Source: Cycas panzhihuaensis
Lineage: Eukaryota; Plantae; Cycadophyta
Assembly (NCBI GenBank): GCA_023213395.1
Contig: CM041465.1
Location: forward strand, 194,377,741 to 194,441,740
DNA: 64,000 nt
Direction: 5' to 3'
The notes under the pieces were generated by a model. It was not told the origin of the DNA, made no database searches, and worked only from the letters and a program-made list of their open reading frames with translations. Shown here piece after piece: positions 61,911 through 64,000 of this stretch (position 1 is its first letter; each line of letters begins with the position of its first letter). The position numbers and the translations under genes were made by a program.

Positions 61911-64000
61911 TGTTGACTACTACTTAGCCCGCCGACATCCTGAAACTACCCAATAATATAGCGGCCATATGTCCTCCTTACTCCTCCATGTTGATTGCAC
62001 TTAGGTTAATTGTAACATACATAGCAACTTTACAATATTCATCACAAATGTAAAATACTCATTCACAACATACACAACCAATTATCAATCACATAGAATG
62101 CACAAGACTTTTCCTCATAACTCATATATTTCATTAATCAACACCGAATATGCTCATAGAACATCACATCACTTTCAATGTTTGATTGTCACCCTTTAGA
62201 GAATATCACTTGTTTCCACTTTGAATATGATTCGTGTGTCTAACATTTTCTTGATTTCTTCATCCACTTGTTCTGCGTATTTAGGGTTTATTCGGTATGG
62301 CATGTGTTTTACCGGTTTAGATCCAGGTATTAATTCTATTTTATGTTTGCATAGTTTTCTTGGTATTCCTCTTAAATCCTTATGTGTCCAAGCACAAACA
62401 TCCTTGTATTTTATGAAAATATTTGTTTCCACTACCACCTATGTTGGATTCCAAGTGTTTCCCATCATTATTGTTTGTTCATTGTGTTCAGTTCCCAAAT
62501 TTATAGGTTGTTGTGATGCTTTCTCATAGAAAGTTTCATCTTTGTTAAAGTTATATGCTTGATTTTGAAGTACTATCTGACCTCCTTTAGTAATTTCGTA
62601 AAAATGGTCGAGATATCCATAGTGATCATCAGTATTTTGAATATGGTAAATGGTTTTGTTATTTAGTGGTTCTATTTCCACAAGATAGCATGAAAACATT
62701 TATATTCTTGTTGTTGCCAATGAAATAATCCATTAGTTGATTCTAGCTCGTCTTCAAAACATGCATCCAAATACAAAACACCTTCAATCAATTCACATAT
62801 ATTATCATTATCAAATATCATACTTAGAGGATGTTCACCCTCTAGAGTACTTGTAATATATTCATTTTCATCAATATCACTATTGTCGTCTGAAGAGCTA
62901 GAATCTGCTAATTTTTTGCTTATAGTATGATAATTTAGATCAATTAATTGCTTCTTTCCTTTCTACTTGATCATTAATGTATTGTGTCCCCACTTTTGGA
63001 GTGCTCGTGCAGTTCGCAACCATGGACAACCCAAAAGTGCCTCATATGGTGGAGGTGTTTCGTCAATCATAGGGATCACCACAAAATCTACTATGAATTC
63101 TTGGGTTCCAATTTGTACATTTTGTGTCTCCATCATACCCAATGGTAGTACCCCGTGCTGATCGGCCAACCAGAGTCAGAAGGTAGGTGGCCATAGTGTC
63201 AATTTGCCAATTCTTTGCCACGTTATTATTGGAATGATATTTACTATTGCCCCGCCATCTATTACAGCATTATGAAGTGCATGCTTTAGTACCGTCATTG
63301 AAATAATTATGTCCTAATCAATTCTCATAGATCATACATGATATTCTACTTGGGACTGACATGATAGTAGATTATTTTGAGTGCAATTTCTTGATGATTT
63401 TTGAGCAACTTTTGTTTTCCTTAACTTGAGTTGTTCTATATAGTCTTCTAATGCTTGTAATAGTACTGTGTTGTGTTCAAGTAGTATCGAAAACTTTATA
63501 CTCATCTCGCTTTGTAGAAATTGATCTAGGATCGAAGTAATGGCTTCATTACCTTGCTCTATTGTTGGTTCAGTAGGTTGTGAGGTTGTCAGACTTGCGT
63601 TGTGTTGTTGTGTTTGTATTGATTGTATCAACTCCTTGGCTTTTCTTAAGCGTTCTTTTTCCTCGGAAGGGTCAGGGTACTCTGATTGTTTGGCCCTCCT
63701 TGTATATACTGCATATGTTGGTAATGTTTGAGTCACATTGTCTTTTCTGCCTTGTGACAATACTCCTACGAGATGGACATTTTTGTTTTGTTGGTTAGGG
63801 CAATGATCATCATCATGATCTCCTAGTCCACACCAACAGCACAATGTTGGAGTGTTGTTTCCTGGACTAGGGCAATCCCTGCTAAAATGTCCCCACAATT
63901 TACATTAGAAACATTGAACCATTGGTCGTCCTTGAGCATCTCCCTGTATTGGTTGTCCTGATCCTCGCCCCCTTCCAAGAAATGGTATGTTAGTTTCCTA
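61911..64000 (-). mobile_element. Degenerate non-chromoviral gypsy fragment (gag zinc knuckles, protease, RT N-terminus), related to 18897-28975
   Basis: ORFs 63332..63898 (GHFSRDC, CCWCGLGDHDDDHC), 62963..63169 (YEALLGCPWL) and 62196..62438 (AWTHKDLRGIP...HKIELIPGSKPV). Confidence 0.85.

Overview
Eukaryotic, AT-rich plant DNA from a large-genome land plant (most consistent with a gymnosperm, possibly a fern; this is inference). The whole window lies inside one minus-strand host gene, an ARID4-like AT-rich-interactive-domain (ARID/PHD) gene. Six coding exons splice in frame: 58442-58411, 17664-17529, 17362-17189, 17057-16356, 16241-16104 and 15967-15869 (1281 nt). A 32-nt exon is separated from the next exon by a 40,746-bp intron, and the flanking introns are >15.8 kb and >5.5 kb. 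The introns are filled with degenerate, partly nested Ty1/copia and Ty3/gypsy LTR retrotransposons. Four of these have both LTRs, a tRNA-iMet PBS, a PPT and a 5-bp TSD. The most unusual object is a 3.8-kb non-autonomous LTR element (46750-50546, TATAT TSD) with no gag/pol. It carries a sense-oriented chain of host gene fragments (FRIGIDA-like C-terminus, WD40 repeat, unknown Ser-rich piece, alpha-L-fucosidase C-terminus), followed by eight ~35-bp repeats with variable spacers. Also notable is a large gypsy element with a second gag-like domain between protease and RT, an internal 44-bp GTTGCAAC palindrome array and an extra ORF after pol. Protein family calls rest on motif recognition, not database searches.
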